Source of the DNA: Guillardia theta CCMP2712
Lineage: Eukaryota; Protista; Cryptophyta
Assembly (NCBI RefSeq): GCF_000315625.1
Contig: NW_005434608.1
Span: 185,353 to 249,352 of the forward strand
DNA length: 64,000 nucleotides
Direction of reading: 5' to 3'
Shown: positions 58,191 to 64,000 of the stretch, in pieces
How the letters are laid out: every line of letters begins with the position of its first letter
How positions within the stretch are numbered: position 1 is the first letter of the stretch
Made by a program: the position numbers and the translations under genes
Notes under the pieces: generated by a model
Databases searched by the model: none
Told to the model about the DNA's origin: nothing
What the model saw: the letters and a program-made list of their open reading frames with translations, nothing else

Positions 58191-58599
58191 GATGCCGGAA
58201 TCTCCGTCCACGATTCAAATTATACCAATAATTTCGTTTTCTTTGACAGAATTATCTGAGGTTGAGCTTGAAATATTTGCTGGAAGTCGCCGCGAGACGT
58301 TCCTACGAGCTTGTGTCCTGAACCTTCTTCAATCGAAGCCAACAATCCAGCTCTTATTCCCCCCCTTCGAACCAAACTTGTTCTTGACTCACTGTCTGTC
58401 TGTCTTCCTCTCTGTCACTCTATCTATGTTCCTCTCTCTCCCTCAAGCTCTCTTCCCCTTCCTGGTTGACCTCCTGTCTTCTTGTTTCCTGTCGTCACGC
58501 CTTTCCCTCCGATCCTGGTTCCCACCCCACCCTCGTCCATCCAGCTCGGTCTGTAGTAAAATACAACAAAACACAACACCACCCCTCAAAAAATACCCC

Positions 58600-60130
58600 T
58601 ACCTCCTTTCTTCTCAATAAATAGACCCTGTTTGTCTTATAAAATTTGGTGGTCTGAATACCCCTACCCCTCTTGTCCATACCAACAATTACAGTCTCAT
58701 TCCCCGGATACCCTGACCCAGTTCACCGTTTGACTACCCCCCACCCACTCATTCAATTTACACCCACCCCAGGTTTTGGAAAAATTCTTACCCCCCTTGC
58801 TTTGTGTAAGTTCTTCTACCCCCTACCATCCTAAATACCATCAAGTACCCACCCATTTATAGGCTTCAATCCTCAATCCTTCCATCCCCTGTACTAGAAG
58901 GACAACTTTCCCCCATTGTACCCACCCATTAGTTGATGACCCACCCACAAATCAACTTCCTTGCACCCCACCTGCTGAAGAAAGCTTCCGTCTCCCAAAA
59001 AGACACAAAATCGCAACCTTTCCGACTACCCCACCACCCGTCCAAAGAGGGACCACTCCTGTATCTCCAGTTTGACTGGAGGTACCAAATACCACCAGGT
59101 GGTGTGCGAGTGGAACCTATTTCCCAAAGTCATACCCGTACTTTGACTACCCCTACCCCCTGATCTCCTGATTTCTTTCTGACCTAGCGATAGGATAATC
59201 CAATCACCCCCACCCCCCGATTTCGATTCTGTGCCTACCTACCACCCACAATTCCATTACCCCTACCCCTTTTCAATGAGACCACCCTTCGGACTTGACC
59301 GTATGATTCTCACAATTTGACCCACCCTTCGATAGAGATTGTGAGTACCCCACCAATTCTTTTACGTACACCCACCCCCTAGATACCACCCCCCTTGTCC
59401 ACGTTCTGTACCAGGGGGCTCGAGATAGTTAAAATAGGGGTGCTCCGATTGCCATGTGGTCAACCCCCAATTTGTTTTTTTTCTTCCCAGTACCCCTCCC
59501 TCCTGTTTCAGACCCCTTACTTGGTACCACAGTTCTCCTCCATCCCACTACACCCTCCACCCCCTTGGACCACCACCACCTTCCATCGACCAGCACCCCT
59601 TCCACCCAGTCCTATCTCAACTGACCTACCCCTGACCATGGCCTCCCAATCTTGTCATCGTTCTTACTACATGTCCAGATACCCCACTATTCCGCACGAA
59701 CGAGGGGGTACTTCATGCACCCCCCACCCCTATCCCCCAGCCTCAAATCGTGTTACTATTGCACCACCCATCTGGACTGCCCCGATCTCCACAATCCCCC
59801 ATCGGAGCTCCCCTTGCCCCACCCCTACCCATCTCTTTTCCAGTCCAATTGCCCGTCTTAACATACCCACTACCCCTCCAACTCCCTTCTACCACCCTGT
59901 TTCTCTAGGCAACTACAGGACCTGCTGGCACATATAAAGGAACGATGATGTCACAGTCCGACTCGCCTCAGCCAGTCGGTCCATTATGCGGCTCCGGGCC
60001 GGGGGGCCATACCGGCCCGGGGGGCCATACCGGCCCGCCGGGCCCGGCGGCACTAGTACTCGAGTGAGCCTCCTCTTCTCTTCGTACAGATTTTTAACTT
60101 AACTTTGAGTAAAGTGAGCAGACGCAACTT
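58600..60130 (-). repeat. Composite intergenic element, long copy in reverse orientation
   Basis: About 1.3 kb CTACCCC/CACCCAC-rich tract, then a GC core at 59985-60055 containing a tandem duplication of ccggggggccataccggc. Confidence 0.62.
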
Positions 60131-61040
60131 CCGAGTTCTGACTGTGCTGAAATTTTCAAGGACAGCATAATTTGAATTAAGTTTGGCCTCAAGGAATATT
60201 TCACTGTCTCAGTGATATTTTTAGTTACAGTTTAGAGGCCGATGAGTTTGACTGCTCTCATGCCATGATGCTGCCTCGCCAGGGATCGCCGTGATGGCAG
60301 AGCCATGAAGGCTGAGAGCTTCATGGAGGACCGTCCGACACTGAGAGATCATGAGTCGGGAGGACGCCGCTGAGTCGGACAGCGCGGCCGGTCGAGGCCC
60401 ACGGTCGCGTCACTGTGACGGGCAATGGAGTGTGACTGGAATTTATGCTCCCCACTGCTATGATGGAGGGTTCTTTGTTCCAGGAAAGCGCCATGGTTCG
60501 ATAGTCAGACGCTGAACGAAAAGCCTTCAACCCGGCGTGACTGACTGTGAGTGCCCGTGAGTTTCCTGACTCGGTGAGAGCTGAAAGAGGACTCGGGCAA
60601 ACCAGCTGGAGATCCTTGCAAGACTCAGAGAGGAGCCAGAAGCTTGCGCTCACTGGGTAGCGGTCAGCGCAGCTTGTGGAGACTCTTGGACGCGGGTGCG
60701 TGGTCAGGCTAGTATCGTTGAGGACGAGATGCATCCGAGAGTCTGACGTCGCCCTGACCCTCCACTCTGAAGAGGAACCTTGCAACGGGTCAGTGAACGC
60801 TGCAGGTAAGTGAGTATGCGGGAGGGATACCCTGAGAGGAGGGAGAAATCATCCTAGATCCAACCGCCTCTGGCACATGCCCCTTGCTGACCTTCCCCGC
60901 AGGACAACGAAAACATCGCCTGCTCCTCTCCCCCCCTGCCCCCCGCCCCCCCCCCACCCTTGCTCCCTCAGCAGACGCTCCTTGCGATCCTCCCCTGAAA
61001 CGGGGGGCCCAGCATCATCATTGCAGCGCAGCAGCAGAGG

Positions 61041-64000
<2,960 letters not shown>

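Overview
Eukaryotic nuclear DNA from a gene-dense, intron-rich genome. Most introns are about 45-60 nt, microsatellites are abundant and there are three N-gaps. The style and the bipartite-leader proteins fit a cryptophyte alga such as Guillardia theta (inference). Splicing the sequence by hand gives about 22 genes. Recognisable ones are DCN1, a MerA/LPD-like class-I flavin disulfide reductase, a signal-peptide STI1/HOP, a GH36 alpha-galactosidase, CCDC137, V-ATPase subunit e (absent from the ORF track), a secretory DnaJ, two PDZ proteins, CNOT10, a membrane desaturase, an RRM+ankyrin protein and a signal-peptide TPR-GT41 glycosyltransferase. The best candidate for a new system is a single gene fusing a TrhO/YceA-type tRNA U34 hydroxylase to a CCoAOMT/TrmR-type O-methyltransferase, which could be a one-protein 5-methoxyuridine pathway in a eukaryote. 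Other leads are a type-II membrane protein with four copies of an unrecognised 40-aa domain separated by possible processing motifs, two leaders ending in ubiquitin-like RLRG[GA], a recurrent oriented GC-core/GGGGTAG intergenic element, a triplicated and inverted zinc-finger-like gene cluster, and non-canonical GC-AG and possible GA-AG introns. All gene models and family calls come from manual translation and motif recognition, not database searches.
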